64,000 bases of DNA, taken from assembly GCA_038212175.1 (NCBI GenBank), contig JBBQUU010000021.1:1969-65968 (forward strand), written 5' to 3'. This document shows, in pieces, positions 44,549 to 53,937 of the stretch. Numbering within the stretch: the stretch's first letter is position 1; each line of letters starts with the position of its first letter. The notes below the pieces were generated by a model. It was given only the letters and a program-made list of their open reading frames with translations. It had not been told where the DNA came from and did no database searches. Source of the DNA: Opitutales bacterium. GTDB taxonomy: Bacteria > Verrucomicrobiota > Verrucomicrobiia > Opitutales > Opitutaceae. Position numbers and translations under genes: made by a program.

Positions 44549-45025
44549 ATGAAGCGACGACACTTTCTCAAGTCTGCGCTGAAAGCTGGGGGCGCGCTGA
44601 GTGCAGGCGTCGTTCTGGCGCCCGCCGTGATCCACGTCGTCTCGCCCGCTTGGGAAACACGGAGGGAGGGAACGTGGGCGGCCATTGGCCCCTTGGCGGA
44701 CATCGCTTCGGGTGCTGTAACGCTCGCGCTGGTCACGGTGCCGCGGGATGACTGGGCCCAATCATTGCGAAAGCGCGGCGTGTTTGTCTGGCGGCCCACG
44801 AACGACGAGGTCGTCGTCTATTCTCGAAGCTGCACCGACCTGGGCTGTCCGGTCACGTGGGACCCTGGGAGCGGATGGTTTTTCTGCCCCTGTCACGGTG
44901 CAATCTTTGACCAGGAAGGTGTCCCTCAGAAAGGCCCGCCGAAAAAACCACTCCACCGATTCCGACATCGCGTGACCGACGGTACGCTCGAAATCGACCT
45001 CGACTCCGTCCCCCCTTCCGCGTGA
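44549..45025 (+). CDS. Rieske-type iron-sulfur subunit of a cytochrome bc complex, Tat signal
   Basis: MKRRHFLKSALKAGGALSAG twin-arginine signal. Box I reads CTDLGC and box II CPCHGA. Confidence 0.8.
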   Translation: MKRRHFLKSALKAGGALSAGVVLAPAVIHVVSPAWETRREGTWAAIGPLADIASGAVTLALVTVPRDDWAQSLRKRGVFVWRPTNDEVVVYSRSCTDLGCPVTWDPGSGWFFCPCHGAIFDQEGVPQKGPPKKPLHRFRHRVTDGTLEIDLDSVPPSA

Positions 45026-46449
45026 TGGGCTCGCTCGGGCACCGCCTGGCCCGCTGGGCCTCAGATCGCTTCGGCTGGACCCTGTTTCGCGACAAGGTGC
45101 TTGATCGACGGGTCGCCAAGACCCCGTGGTACTTCGGCGACGGCGCCACCATGATGCTGCTGCTCGGGGTGCTCGTTGTCACCGGCGTTGCGATGATGTT
45201 CACCTACACGCCGCACCCCGACGCGGCGCACCTCAGCGTGCGGAGCCTGAGCGAACAGCAAACCCTCGGTTGGTTCATTCGCGCCATGCACTACTGGGCC
45301 GCCGGCCTGCTGATGGTGATGACGCTCTGGCATGTCCTCCGCCAGGTATTGATTGGCGGATACAAATTTCCCCGCGAAGGCACGTGGCTGGTGGGGGTGG
45401 GGCTGTTTGTCGCCATCGTCGTGATGGGATTCACGGGCTACCTGCTGCGATGGGACGAGCGCGCAATCTATGCGGTGAAGGTGGCACTGCATATTATGGA
45501 ACGCGTGCCGCTGATCGGGGAGCACCTCGTCGTGCTGGTGCAAGGAGGCCCCCAACCGGGCGCCCGCCTGCTCACCCGCCTGTTCGCCCTGCATGTGGCC
45601 GTCATTCCCCTTCTGCTGGGCTTCCTGGTGATGTGGCATCTGTACCTCGTGATACTTCACGGCATCACGTCGCGGGGCGAACGCCGCCTTCCGACTCACA
45701 CGGCCGAGCAGCAAAAGCGGCGTTACGAGGCGGATGCCGACGATCCCGAACGCGGCGAAACGTTTTACCCCGACACCATGGTGCAGTCGGGCCTCATGGC
45801 CGGTATCGTCCTGGTCGGCGTCCTCCTGCTCGCCGTTCTGGTCGGCGCGCCGCGTCTTATGCCCGAGGCCAACCTCACCGCCACCTCTTTGCCGGCGGAG
45901 GAATGGTGGTGGTGGTGGTTCAGTGCGCTCGTCGCGCTGTTGCCGCAAGGCATCGCCCATGGATTCGTGGTGGTGTTTCCTTTATTCGTCCTGCTTGGCA
46001 TGGTGCTGCTGCCCTTGCTCGATCGCGGACCGGACCGCGGCTATAAGAAACGCCCTCTCGCCGTGGGGTTCGTGGTGTTTACGGTTGTCATGGTCGTGGC
46101 GCTGAGCGGCCTCCGACTCCGCTCGGCGTGGACGGGCTGGCCCGGGAGCGACCCTCCCGCCCTGCCTCCAGGCGCGACCCTGAGCCATGAAGCCGAACGG
46201 GGACGGCAACTCTTCGCCATCCATGGGTGCACCAGCTGCCATTCCGTCGCGGGGGCGGGAGGCCGCAAGGTGGCGGTCGACCTCGCCGACATGGCAGAAC
46301 CGCGTTCCCTCCGCTATCTGCGCGACTACATCCGCCAACCGCCTCCCGGCATCGCCATGCCCGCGTATGAAGGTTGGGCCGACAGTGAGGAGATAGACCG
46401 GCTGGCGGACTACGTGCTGGCGGCCCAAACCTTTGGCACGGCCCGCTGA
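45022..46449 (+). CDS. Cytochrome b fused to a C-terminal mono-haem cytochrome c domain
   Basis: Cyt b N-terminal motifs (FIRAMHYWAAGLLMV, GYLLRWDERA), further TM segments, then CTSCHSV (CxxCH). Confidence 0.8.
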   Translation: MMGSLGHRLARWASDRFGWTLFRDKVLDRRVAKTPWYFGDGATMMLLLGVLVVTGVAMMFTYTPHPDAAHLSVRSLSEQQTLGWFIRAMHYWAAGLLMVMTLWHVLRQVLIGGYKFPREGTWLVGVGLFVAIVVMGFTGYLLRWDERAIYAVKVALHIMERVPLIGEHLVVLVQGGPQPGARLLTRLFALHVAVIPLLLGFLVMWHLYLVILHGITSRGERRLPTHTAEQQKRRYEADADDPERGETFYPDTMVQSGLMAGIVLVGVLLLAVLVGAPRLMPEANLTATSLPAEEWWWWWFSALVALLPQGIAHGFVVVFPLFVLLGMVLLPLLDRGPDRGYKKRPLAVGFVVFTVVMVVALSGLRLRSAWTGWPGSDPPALPPGATLSHEAERGRQLFAIHGCTSCHSVAGAGGRKVAVDLADMAEPRSLRYLRDYIRQPPPGIAMPAYEGWADSEEIDRLADYVLAAQTFGTAR

Positions 46450-47462
46450 TGTCACGCGTTCCCCGACGCCCCTTTGCCCGGATCGCCCACGCTTCCGCGT
46501 GGCCTTGCCTCCTGGTGCTCTGCGGATGCCACTCCCAGCACCGTCAATCGGTGCTTCATCCCGACAGTCGGGCGGCGGACGCCATTGCCTCCCTGTGGTG
46601 GGTGATGTTCGCGGTGCTCGCAGCGTCGTTCCTTTTCGTCATCACGCTTCTGGCGATCGCGATCCGTCGATCTCCCCCGCAGACGGACGGCGAGGCGGCG
46701 TCCCGGCGCCGCACCCGCTGGCTCGTTTTCGGCGGAGGCATGGCGTTCCCCGGTGTGATTTTGCTTGGCCTGCTTTTTTATTCGCTCGGAACGTCGATGA
46801 CCCTGCGTCGCCCCTTCGTCGGTATGGAGATTGTGGTTACAGGCCACCAGTGGTGGTGGGACGTGCGCTATCCCGAATCCGGGATCGTAAGCGCCAACGA
46901 GATCTATCTCCCGGCCGGCGAACCCGTGGTGATCACCCTCCGGGCCGCCGACGTCATTCACAGCTTTTGGGTTCCAAATTTGCACGGCAAGATCGACGTC
47001 CTCCCCGAGGTTGAAACGCGGATCGTCCTGGAGGCGGACCAACCCGGCGTCTGGCGGGGACAGTGCGCGGAGTTTTGCGGCCGGCAGCACGCCTGGATGG
47101 CCTTCAAGGTCGTCGCGTTGTCGCGGGAAGCGTTCGACGACTGGGTGGAGACCCGCCGCTCGCCGCCCAGACCGGAAGACTCGACGCTGCTGGCTCGCGG
47201 AGAGCAGATCTTTTTCGAAGCCTCCTGCCACACCTGTCACGCGATCGCGGGAACGCCCGCCCAGGCAACGCTCGGGCCAGACCTCACCCACATCGGCTCA
47301 CGTCTGACCCTCGGCGCCGGGAGAATCGACAACACCGACGAGCACCTCGCCCGATGGTTGCTGGATCCCCAGGGCCTGAAGCCGGGCAATCTGATGCCTG
47401 AAACCCGGCTGGAGCCCGACGAGGTCACCGCGTTGGTCGCCTATCTCCGCGCGCTGCAATGA
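46449..47462 (+). CDS. Cytochrome c oxidase subunit II with C-terminal cytochrome c domain (caa3-type)
   Basis: CuA site HSFWVPNLHGK...CAEFCGRQHAWM, then CHTCHAI haem c motif. Confidence 0.9.
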   Translation: MSRVPRRPFARIAHASAWPCLLVLCGCHSQHRQSVLHPDSRAADAIASLWWVMFAVLAASFLFVITLLAIAIRRSPPQTDGEAASRRRTRWLVFGGGMAFPGVILLGLLFYSLGTSMTLRRPFVGMEIVVTGHQWWWDVRYPESGIVSANEIYLPAGEPVVITLRAADVIHSFWVPNLHGKIDVLPEVETRIVLEADQPGVWRGQCAEFCGRQHAWMAFKVVALSREAFDDWVETRRSPPRPEDSTLLARGEQIFFEASCHTCHAIAGTPAQATLGPDLTHIGSRLTLGAGRIDNTDEHLARWLLDPQGLKPGNLMPETRLEPDEVTALVAYLRALQ

Positions 47463-49969
47463 AACCTTCAGCCCAACAACTCGAAGCGTTCGAAACGGAA
47501 TGGCGGGGGCCGCCCGGTTGGAGAGGGAGTCTCGCCGCCGTGAACAACCAGCGGCTGGGAGTCCGTTTCATGCTCACCTCGCTGGTCTTCTTCGGCGCAG
47601 GCGGCGTGCTCGCCCTGCTGCTGCGACTCCAGCTGGCCGTGCCCGAAAACACCTTGATTGGGCCCCAGGCCTACAACGAACTCTTCACTCTCCACGGCTC
47701 GACGATGATGTTCCTCTTCGCGGTGCCGTTTCTCGAAGGCCTCGCACTGTACATCCTTCCGCTCCTGATCGGCTCGCGCGACGTGGCCTTCCCTCGGCTG
47801 ACCGCCTTCAGCTACTGGACGTACCTCTTCGGCGGGCTTGTCTTTTACGCCAGCCTGCTGACCGGATCGCCCCCCGATGCCGGTTGGTTTGCCTACGTCC
47901 CCTTGTCCGGTCCGATCTACGCCGGGGTCGGCATGGATTACTGGGTGATGGGCCTCGCGTTGGTGGAGTTTGCCGGACTGGCGGCGGGAGTGGAGATCGT
48001 GGTGACCATTCTCAAATTGCGTGCGCCGGGCATGTCGCTTGGGCGGATGCCGATGCTCGCCTGGACGCTCCTGATCTCCGGCGTGATGATGATCTTTGCG
48101 TTCACAGTCCTGCTCGTGGCCACGATGCTGCTCGAACTCGACCGCATCGCGGGAACGCGTTTCTTCGACCCGGATTATGGTGGCAGCACCTTATTGTGGC
48201 AGCACTTGTTCTGGTTCTTCGGGCATCCCGAGGTGTATATCATGTTTCTCCCGGCGACGGGTATCGTGTCCACCCTGGTCGTGACCGCGGCGCGACGGAC
48301 CCTGGCCGCCTACTCGCTCGTCGCGATGGCGGTGATGGTGACCGGCTTCGTCAGTTTCGGCCTCTGGATGCATCATATGTACACGACCGGCCTGCCCGAG
48401 CTCGGCATGAGCTTTTTTGCGGCGGCCAGCCTGATGATCGGAGTGGCGAGCGGCATCCAGATTTTTTCCTGGATCGCCACGCTCTGGGGCTCACGGCCCG
48501 TATTCACCACTCCGTTTCTCTACGTTCTAGGATTCTTCTTCGTCTTCATCGTCGGCGGATTCACCGGCGTGATGATCGCCGTGGTCCCGTTCGACTGGCA
48601 GGTGCACGACACCTTCTTCATCGTCGCACATTTTCACTACGTTCTGATTGGAGGCGTGGTGTTTCCCATCTTTGCCGCCCTCCATTATTGGCTGCCGAAG
48701 ATCACCGGACGCATGATCGGCGAAACTCTGGGACGCTGGGGCTTTTGGCTTAACTTCATCGGGTTCAACCTGACCTTCCTTCCCATGCATCTCATGGGCT
48801 TCTTGGGAATGCCAAGGCGCGTGTACACCTACTCGGCGAGCCTGGAGATCACGGGCTACAATGTGGCGGCGACGATCGGGGCCTTCGTCATGGCGGCCGG
48901 ATTCGTGGTGATGGTCGTGGCGTTCTTGAGATCCTTCGGCCGGGGCCCACGGGCGGGAGACAATCCCTGGGGGGCCGGAACGCTCGATGCGTCGGTCAGT
49001 TCGCCTCCTCCGGTCTATAGCTTTCTGCGTCCGCCCATCGTACGGGGGCGCGATCCGCTTTGGGAATCTTATGACGAGCCGCCCGACCCCAAGTCCCTGC
49101 GTGCCGTCGAGGCCTTGACGGCGGCGCCCTCAAACTGGCGCGCGACCTTGAGCACCGATGCCATCACCGGACGGCCCACGGGCATTCAGGTTCTCGCGGG
49201 ACCCTCCTTCCACCCTCTGCTCGTCTCCGCGGGATTGCTGCTCGCTTTCCTGGGCGTGCTCACAAAGTCGTTCCTTCTCCTCCCGCTGGGGCTCATTTTT
49301 GCCGTCGCCGCGCTGGGCGCGTGGCTTTATCCCGACGCTGATCGGTTGAAAATGATCGCGGAGAGCGGACTCGATCAAGCCTCCGGCCTTCCCTTGCAAC
49401 TCACGGGACGTGACTCCTCCGTGTGGTGGGGGACTTTGGGCTTTGTGACGATCGGGGGCACCGCCTTCGCCGCGTTGTTCTACTGTTATTTCTACCTTTG
49501 GTTGTTCTCGGACCAGTGGCCGCCGCAGGGTGTGGCCACGACGGGTCTCGTCCCCGCCCTCCTCTCTGCAACCTGTCTCGCTCTTGCCGCGATCGGAGCA
49601 TGGCTTGCTCAACACGGCTTCCTCACGAGGACGAGGATCCGTCCCTTGCCCGCTCTGCTTGCGGCGCTCGCGCTGGTGCTCATTTCGTTTGGCCTCGAGG
49701 GCTGGCGCCTGTCGCAGTTGACGTATGGTCCCACCGATCACGCCTTCGGATCGATCTCCTGGACGCTGTCCTGTTTTCTCCTCGTCTTCGCCTTGATCAC
49801 CGCCCTCCTCCTCGGCACAGCGGCCGTCCGAGTCCAGCGCATGGAACCATGGGAGAGCCGTTCGGTTCTCCTGCAATTACAACTCACTACCCAGATCAGC
49901 GTTCTCACGGGTCTCGCCGCTTTGGCGGTGTTCGCCGTCCTCCAACTCTCGCCTCGCTTGCTCGGATGA
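47459..49969 (+). CDS. Cytochrome c oxidase subunit I fused to subunit III
   Basis: 836 aa. YNELFTLHGSTMMFLFAVP, WFFGHPEVYI, HFHYVLIGG, then ~250 aa of additional TM helices. Confidence 0.9.
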   Translation: MKPSAQQLEAFETEWRGPPGWRGSLAAVNNQRLGVRFMLTSLVFFGAGGVLALLLRLQLAVPENTLIGPQAYNELFTLHGSTMMFLFAVPFLEGLALYILPLLIGSRDVAFPRLTAFSYWTYLFGGLVFYASLLTGSPPDAGWFAYVPLSGPIYAGVGMDYWVMGLALVEFAGLAAGVEIVVTILKLRAPGMSLGRMPMLAWTLLISGVMMIFAFTVLLVATMLLELDRIAGTRFFDPDYGGSTLLWQHLFWFFGHPEVYIMFLPATGIVSTLVVTAARRTLAAYSLVAMAVMVTGFVSFGLWMHHMYTTGLPELGMSFFAAASLMIGVASGIQIFSWIATLWGSRPVFTTPFLYVLGFFFVFIVGGFTGVMIAVVPFDWQVHDTFFIVAHFHYVLIGGVVFPIFAALHYWLPKITGRMIGETLGRWGFWLNFIGFNLTFLPMHLMGFLGMPRRVYTYSASLEITGYNVAATIGAFVMAAGFVVMVVAFLRSFGRGPRAGDNPWGAGTLDASVSSPPPVYSFLRPPIVRGRDPLWESYDEPPDPKSLRAVEALTAAPSNWRATLSTDAITGRPTGIQVLAGPSFHPLLVSAGLLLAFLGVLTKSFLLLPLGLIFAVAALGAWLYPDADRLKMIAESGLDQASGLPLQLTGRDSSVWWGTLGFVTIGGTAFAALFYCYFYLWLFSDQWPPQGVATTGLVPALLSATCLALAAIGAWLAQHGFLTRTRIRPLPALLAALALVLISFGLEGWRLSQLTYGPTDHAFGSISWTLSCFLLVFALITALLLGTAAVRVQRMEPWESRSVLLQLQLTTQISVLTGLAALAVFAVLQLSPRLLG

Positions 49970-50367
49970 AAGCCCGTCGCGCTCCGTCCTCCCCGCCCCG
50001 TGCCTCCCTCTGGCGGCTTGGTTTCATTCTTCTCGGAGGTGGTACCGCTTGGTTCGGACATCTCGTGTTCGCCTACCTCATCGCCGAGTTCGGTGTCCTG
50101 ACCCACCTCCATCGAACGACGTGGAGCGGCGTCAGTGCCGTGGTCTGGTTGATCGCTGGCCTAAGCGTTCTCATGTTCCTAATCGCCACTCTGGCGTCCT
50201 GGGCGGCGTGGAACGAACGCGCCCGCGATCCGGGCCGGGTCGGCGACGCGGAGGACGTCACTCATGCCGGGCGTTTCTGCCGCCGCTTTGGCCTCGCGAC
50301 CAACCTTGCCTTCACGGTGGTGATCGTGATTCAGACGATTCCGATCTTCTATTTTCTTCGTCCATGA
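49966..50367 (+). CDS. Small membrane protein in the oxidase operon (subunit IV-like position)
   Basis: 133 aa starting at MKARRAPSS (ATGA overlap with subunit I/III). Four hydrophobic segments. Confidence 0.55.
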   Translation: MKARRAPSSPPRASLWRLGFILLGGGTAWFGHLVFAYLIAEFGVLTHLHRTTWSGVSAVVWLIAGLSVLMFLIATLASWAAWNERARDPGRVGDAEDVTHAGRFCRRFGLATNLAFTVVIVIQTIPIFYFLRP

Positions 50368-51323
50368 AGCGTGGCCTGCAGCGGATTTTCATTCTGGTCG
50401 GGCTGGCCATGATTCCGCAGGCGGCGTGGTCCCATGGCCCTCACGCACCGGATCCCTCGGCCCGGTGGTGGACGCTGTGGAACGTCGATCCGTGGATCAT
50501 CATCAACCTCGTCGCGTTGTCCGCGCTCTATGCAGGGGGGTACGCGCGAATGCGTGCGCAACGCGCCGAGCGCCCGACGATCATGCGACGACAGGCAGGT
50601 CTGTTCTGGGCGGGCGTAGCCTTCCTGATTCTCGCCCTGCTTTCGCCCATTGACGTCCTGGCCAGCGAACTCCTTTGGGTGCACATGGTGCAGCACATGG
50701 TCCTGATGAACCTGGCCGCGCCCTTGGTCGTGATGGGGGCTCCCATGCGCATCATGATCTGGTCTCTTCCTCCCGAATACCGCCAGCTCGCGGGCCGCTG
50801 GAGGCAGGCGCTGGGAGAACAGGGTGTGCCCCGCTACCTCCTCTGGCAGCCCATCGTCCTCTGGTGTTTGTATGCGCTTGTCCTCTGGACGTGGCACCTG
50901 CCCTCCCTTTACGAGGCCGCCCTCCGAAGCGAGATCGTGCACGATCTTCAGCATCTCATGTTCTTCGCCGTATCGTGCCTTTTCTGGCGGGTTTTGTTCG
51001 ATCCGATCGGTCGGCTCCGCTTGTCGCGAGGCGCGGCGGTCGTCTATTTGTTTCTGACGTCGCTCCACGCCACCGTGCTGGGCGTCTTCATGGCGCTCGC
51101 CCCATCATTGTGGTACCCGACCTACGCCGGCCGGACGGAGCCGTGGGGGCTCAAAGCGCTCGAAGATCAACAATTCGCGGGCTACATCATGTGGATGCCT
51201 GCCTGCATGGTGTATGCCGTGATCGCGGCGGTGCTGTTTGTTCGTTGGATTGGCGAAGCGGATCCTCGTTCAGCGACCACGGCGCTCGCCCCCCAGCCGC
51301 GCCCGAACCCTTCTTCAAGGTAG
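50364..51323 (+). CDS. ctaG: Cytochrome c oxidase assembly factor CtaG (caa3 type)
   Basis: Start at MKRGLQRIF (ATGA overlap). WVHMVQHMVLMNLAAPL, HDLQHLMFF, FAGYIMWMP. Confidence 0.75.
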   Translation: MKRGLQRIFILVGLAMIPQAAWSHGPHAPDPSARWWTLWNVDPWIIINLVALSALYAGGYARMRAQRAERPTIMRRQAGLFWAGVAFLILALLSPIDVLASELLWVHMVQHMVLMNLAAPLVVMGAPMRIMIWSLPPEYRQLAGRWRQALGEQGVPRYLLWQPIVLWCLYALVLWTWHLPSLYEAALRSEIVHDLQHLMFFAVSCLFWRVLFDPIGRLRLSRGAAVVYLFLTSLHATVLGVFMALAPSLWYPTYAGRTEPWGLKALEDQQFAGYIMWMPACMVYAVIAAVLFVRWIGEADPRSATTALAPQPRPNPSSR

Positions 51324-51352
51324 AGCGGTCAAGCATTCACGGGCTCCTGCAC

Positions 51353-51535
51353 TCAAGGAATCGGCGTCGAATCAGGCGGAGTTTGCGGCGGATCGCGATC
51401 AACCGAACACATCGCGAGGCCGCCGACGACGAAGAAGGCGAGCACGCCGAGCACCAGTCCCATGTTCACCTTGGTGGAGCGTTTCTGGGGATCAACGAGC
51501 TGATCGGGTGAGTCGTTACCTTTATCAAAGCTCAT
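51353..51535 (-). CDS. Small single-TM protein
   Basis: 60 aa. 4-bp overlap with the upstream PRC-barrel gene. One TM segment, GLVLGVLAFFVVGGLAM. Confidence 0.4.
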   Translation of the reverse strand: MSFDKGNDSPDQLVDPQKRSTKVNMGLVLGVLAFFVVGGLAMCSVDRDPPQTPPDSTPIP

Positions 51536-52332
51536 GAGGAAACGTCTCCCCGTCCGTCAGCTTCTTTCCAGTCGTACCGATCCTTCCCGTAGTGACCGTG
51601 GAGACGGTCGATGTAGTCCGGACCCAAGGGAGCGGACGGATCGTACTCCGGGCTCGCCTTGATGGCTTCGCGGGTGAGGTCCATGACCACCCGGGCTGCG
51701 TCCCATTGGATGTCGCTAATCCACAGTGGTGAAACCAAGACCTTTTTCCCGGGCCACCAGTTACGGGTGTCGATCACCAAATGGGAAATTTGCCAAGACT
51801 GGTCGTCGAAAAGGAAATCCTCGGCATGCCCGATTGAACCATCGGTCGCCTCGATATCATAACCCATCGCTTCGTGGGTCGTGCGAAGGGCCGAGCGGTC
51901 GAGGTCGACCGCAGATCGTTCTTCACGAGGATTCACCTCCACCGGCATGGGATGGACTGGAATCGCTCCGCCCCCGATGATCATCGGCGCGCCCCCATAC
52001 ATGGGCGCGCCCCAATAGAGCGGCCATCCGTAATAATCGTTCAAGGCAAGTTCCTGCCGGCGCACGACACGCTGTTCGGTGTCGATTTCAGGACTGTTGC
52101 GAATCTGTTCGCGCGTGAGGTCGACGTTCACCGTCTCATTGAGCCACTCGGACCCCAAGATGGAGCTCGGCGAAATAAGAACCTTGCGACTATTGAAAAA
52201 GGATCCCGTTTCGACGACGAGGTAACGGAGGTTCCATTCCTGCTCGTCGAAATAAAGACCTTTCACCTTACCGATTTCCCCATCCCGCGCTTGCAGGCTG
52301 TGTTTTTCGAGATCTTTGGCGCTTCGGATCAT
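51532..52332 (-). CDS. Tandem PRC-barrel-domain protein
   Basis: Two PRC-like modules: DGEIGKVKGLYFDEQEWNLRYLVVETG...VLISP and DGSIGHAEDFLFDDQSWQISHLVIDTR...VLVSP. Confidence 0.75.
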   Translation of the reverse strand: MIRSAKDLEKHSLQARDGEIGKVKGLYFDEQEWNLRYLVVETGSFFNSRKVLISPSSILGSEWLNETVNVDLTREQIRNSPEIDTEQRVVRRQELALNDYYGWPLYWGAPMYGGAPMIIGGGAIPVHPMPVEVNPREERSAVDLDRSALRTTHEAMGYDIEATDGSIGHAEDFLFDDQSWQISHLVIDTRNWWPGKKVLVSPLWISDIQWDAARVVMDLTREAIKASPEYDPSAPLGPDYIDRLHGHYGKDRYDWKEADGRGDVSS

Positions 52333-52585
52333 GGCAAATAGTGTTTGGTTTGAAGGTTGATGGGCGCTAGTAACGCGGAGGCTGCAACTTAGGTCACATT
52401 CTAGACTGCGGGGCCTATGCGCGAAATCGGAGGATGCGCGGCTGGCTCCATGGGGCCTGCCCCCTAGGGCAATGATGACCAGCGTTGTTTAAGGCTCCCG
52501 CCCGATGGTAGCCCCGCCCGGCTCCAGCTAGTTTCATCTAACGGGGTCGCTCGCCCTCCCTGCATCCCTCAACCCATTCGTTCGC

Positions 52586-52795
52586 ATGCCAAATCACGTA
52601 TATAAATCCATTGACCTGACCGGGACGTCTGGGACCTCGGTCGAGGATGCCGTAAATCGCGCCTTGGCGACGGCTCACCGCACCCTGCGCAATCTGAGCT
52701 GGTTTCAAGTGGTCGAAACCCGAGGCAGCATCAGAGACGGTCGCGTCGGTGAGTGGCAGGTGACCATCAAGGTGGCCTTCGCCATCGAGGAGTAG
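52586..52795 (+). CDS. Dodecin-family flavin-binding protein
   Basis: 69 aa. VYKSIDLTGTSGTSVEDAVNRALATAHRTLRNLSWFQVVETRGSI...WQVTIKVAF. Confidence 0.8.
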   Translation: MPNHVYKSIDLTGTSGTSVEDAVNRALATAHRTLRNLSWFQVVETRGSIRDGRVGEWQVTIKVAFAIEE

Positions 52796-52819
52796 CCGCG
52801 GCCACATCCCGCCGCGCTC

Positions 52820-53010
52820 ATCGGCGCCGCCCAGAAGGTCGGGCACTACGAGACTGCCGGTTATCGCACTGCCCGTACCTTCGCCGAGCTGCTAGGTGAC
52901 GAGGTAGCGTGCGAGCTGCTCGCTTTGCGGCCTCTGCAGGTTCCCGGGCTTTTTTTCGCTCGCTCCACGAGGGCGTGATCAACGCAACCGACCGCACTCA
53001 GGCTGCCACC
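52820..53010 (+). pseudogene. DUF892 (YciE/YciF-like ferritin-fold) C-terminal fragment with a frameshift at a T7 run
   Basis: AAQKVGHYETAGYRTARTFAELLGDEVACELLA resembles the family motif (Q.vEHYEIa.Ygtl...A..LG.......LL). After the T7 run at 52950-52956 a plausible continuation (SLHEGVINATDRTQAA) is in another frame. The N-terminal two thirds are absent. Confidence 0.45.
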
Positions 53011-53038
53011 CGGGTGGTCATGGCGGAGAAACACCCCC

Positions 53039-53893
53039 TTGCCGCCCGGCGTGCATCCGGATGCCCACGGTTCATCGGATCTGCGAAGATGGCGCGTGCG
53101 TCTATCCACCCATTCTCTCGAAGGCCGGACCGCGCTCGTGACCGGCGCCGGATCCGGGATTGGCAAAGCCACCGCAAAGTTACTCGCCTATTCCGGAGCA
53201 CGCGTCGGGCTGCTTGGCCATGGTCGCGAAGACATCGAAGCCACGCACGCCGAGATTCTTTCCTTCGACGGCGTCTCGCTTCCGTTGGTGGCGGATGTCT
53301 CGGATGAACGCGCCATGGCGGACGCCGTGGGGCGCATCGAACAGGAATGGAACGCGCTCGATATCGTGGTGGCGAATGCCGGGATCAACGGCCTCTGGGC
53401 TCCGCTGGAGGAACTGACGCCGGACGAGTGGGACCGCACGCTCTCGGTCAACCTGCGCGGCGCCTACCTGACGGTCCGCTCCTCCCTGCCGCTTTTGAAA
53501 CGAAACGGCGGCGCAGTGGTCATTGTCGCCTCGGTGAACGGAACCCGCATGTTCAGCAACACCGGCGCAAGCGCCTATGCGGTCTCCAACGCGGGTCGGG
53601 TGGCCTTCTCGCGCATGATGGCCCTCGAGCTCGCTCCACATGGCATCCGGGTGAATGCCATCTGTCCCGGAGCCATCGAAACCCAGATCGAGGACAACAC
53701 CGAGCGAAAAGACCTCGCCCGCATCCGGGTGCCCGTCGAGTTCCCTGAGGGCAAGGTTCCCCTCAACAAAGGCGCGCCCGGCACGGCTGGCCAGGTCGCC
53801 GAACTGATCTGGTTCCTGGTCGGAGACGCGGCGACCCACATCACCGGCACCGAGGTCTTCATCGATGGCGCCCAATCGCTGCTCCAAGGCTGA
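53039..53893 (+). CDS. SDR-family oxidoreductase (likely start GTG 53096)
   Basis: TALVTGAGSGIGKA, NAGI, and SAYAVSNAG at the catalytic Y-x3-K position (reads YxxxN), then IRVNAICPGAIET. Confidence 0.8.
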   Translation: MPPGVHPDAHGSSDLRRWRVRLSTHSLEGRTALVTGAGSGIGKATAKLLAYSGARVGLLGHGREDIEATHAEILSFDGVSLPLVADVSDERAMADAVGRIEQEWNALDIVVANAGINGLWAPLEELTPDEWDRTLSVNLRGAYLTVRSSLPLLKRNGGAVVIVASVNGTRMFSNTGASAYAVSNAGRVAFSRMMALELAPHGIRVNAICPGAIETQIEDNTERKDLARIRVPVEFPEGKVPLNKGAPGTAGQVAELIWFLVGDAATHITGTEVFIDGAQSLLQG

Positions 53894-53937
53894 AGGCGCT
53901 TCGAGGTCTCAGCGAGCCTCCCGCCCCGGCAGCCCGT

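Noticed and set aside
47773-47784. A 12-nt match (gctcgcgcgacg) between the 34-bp spacer-like segment of the mini-array and the oxidase subunit I gene, as a possible self-target.
   Set aside because: It is too short and too GC-rich to distinguish from chance, and the flanking bases do not match.
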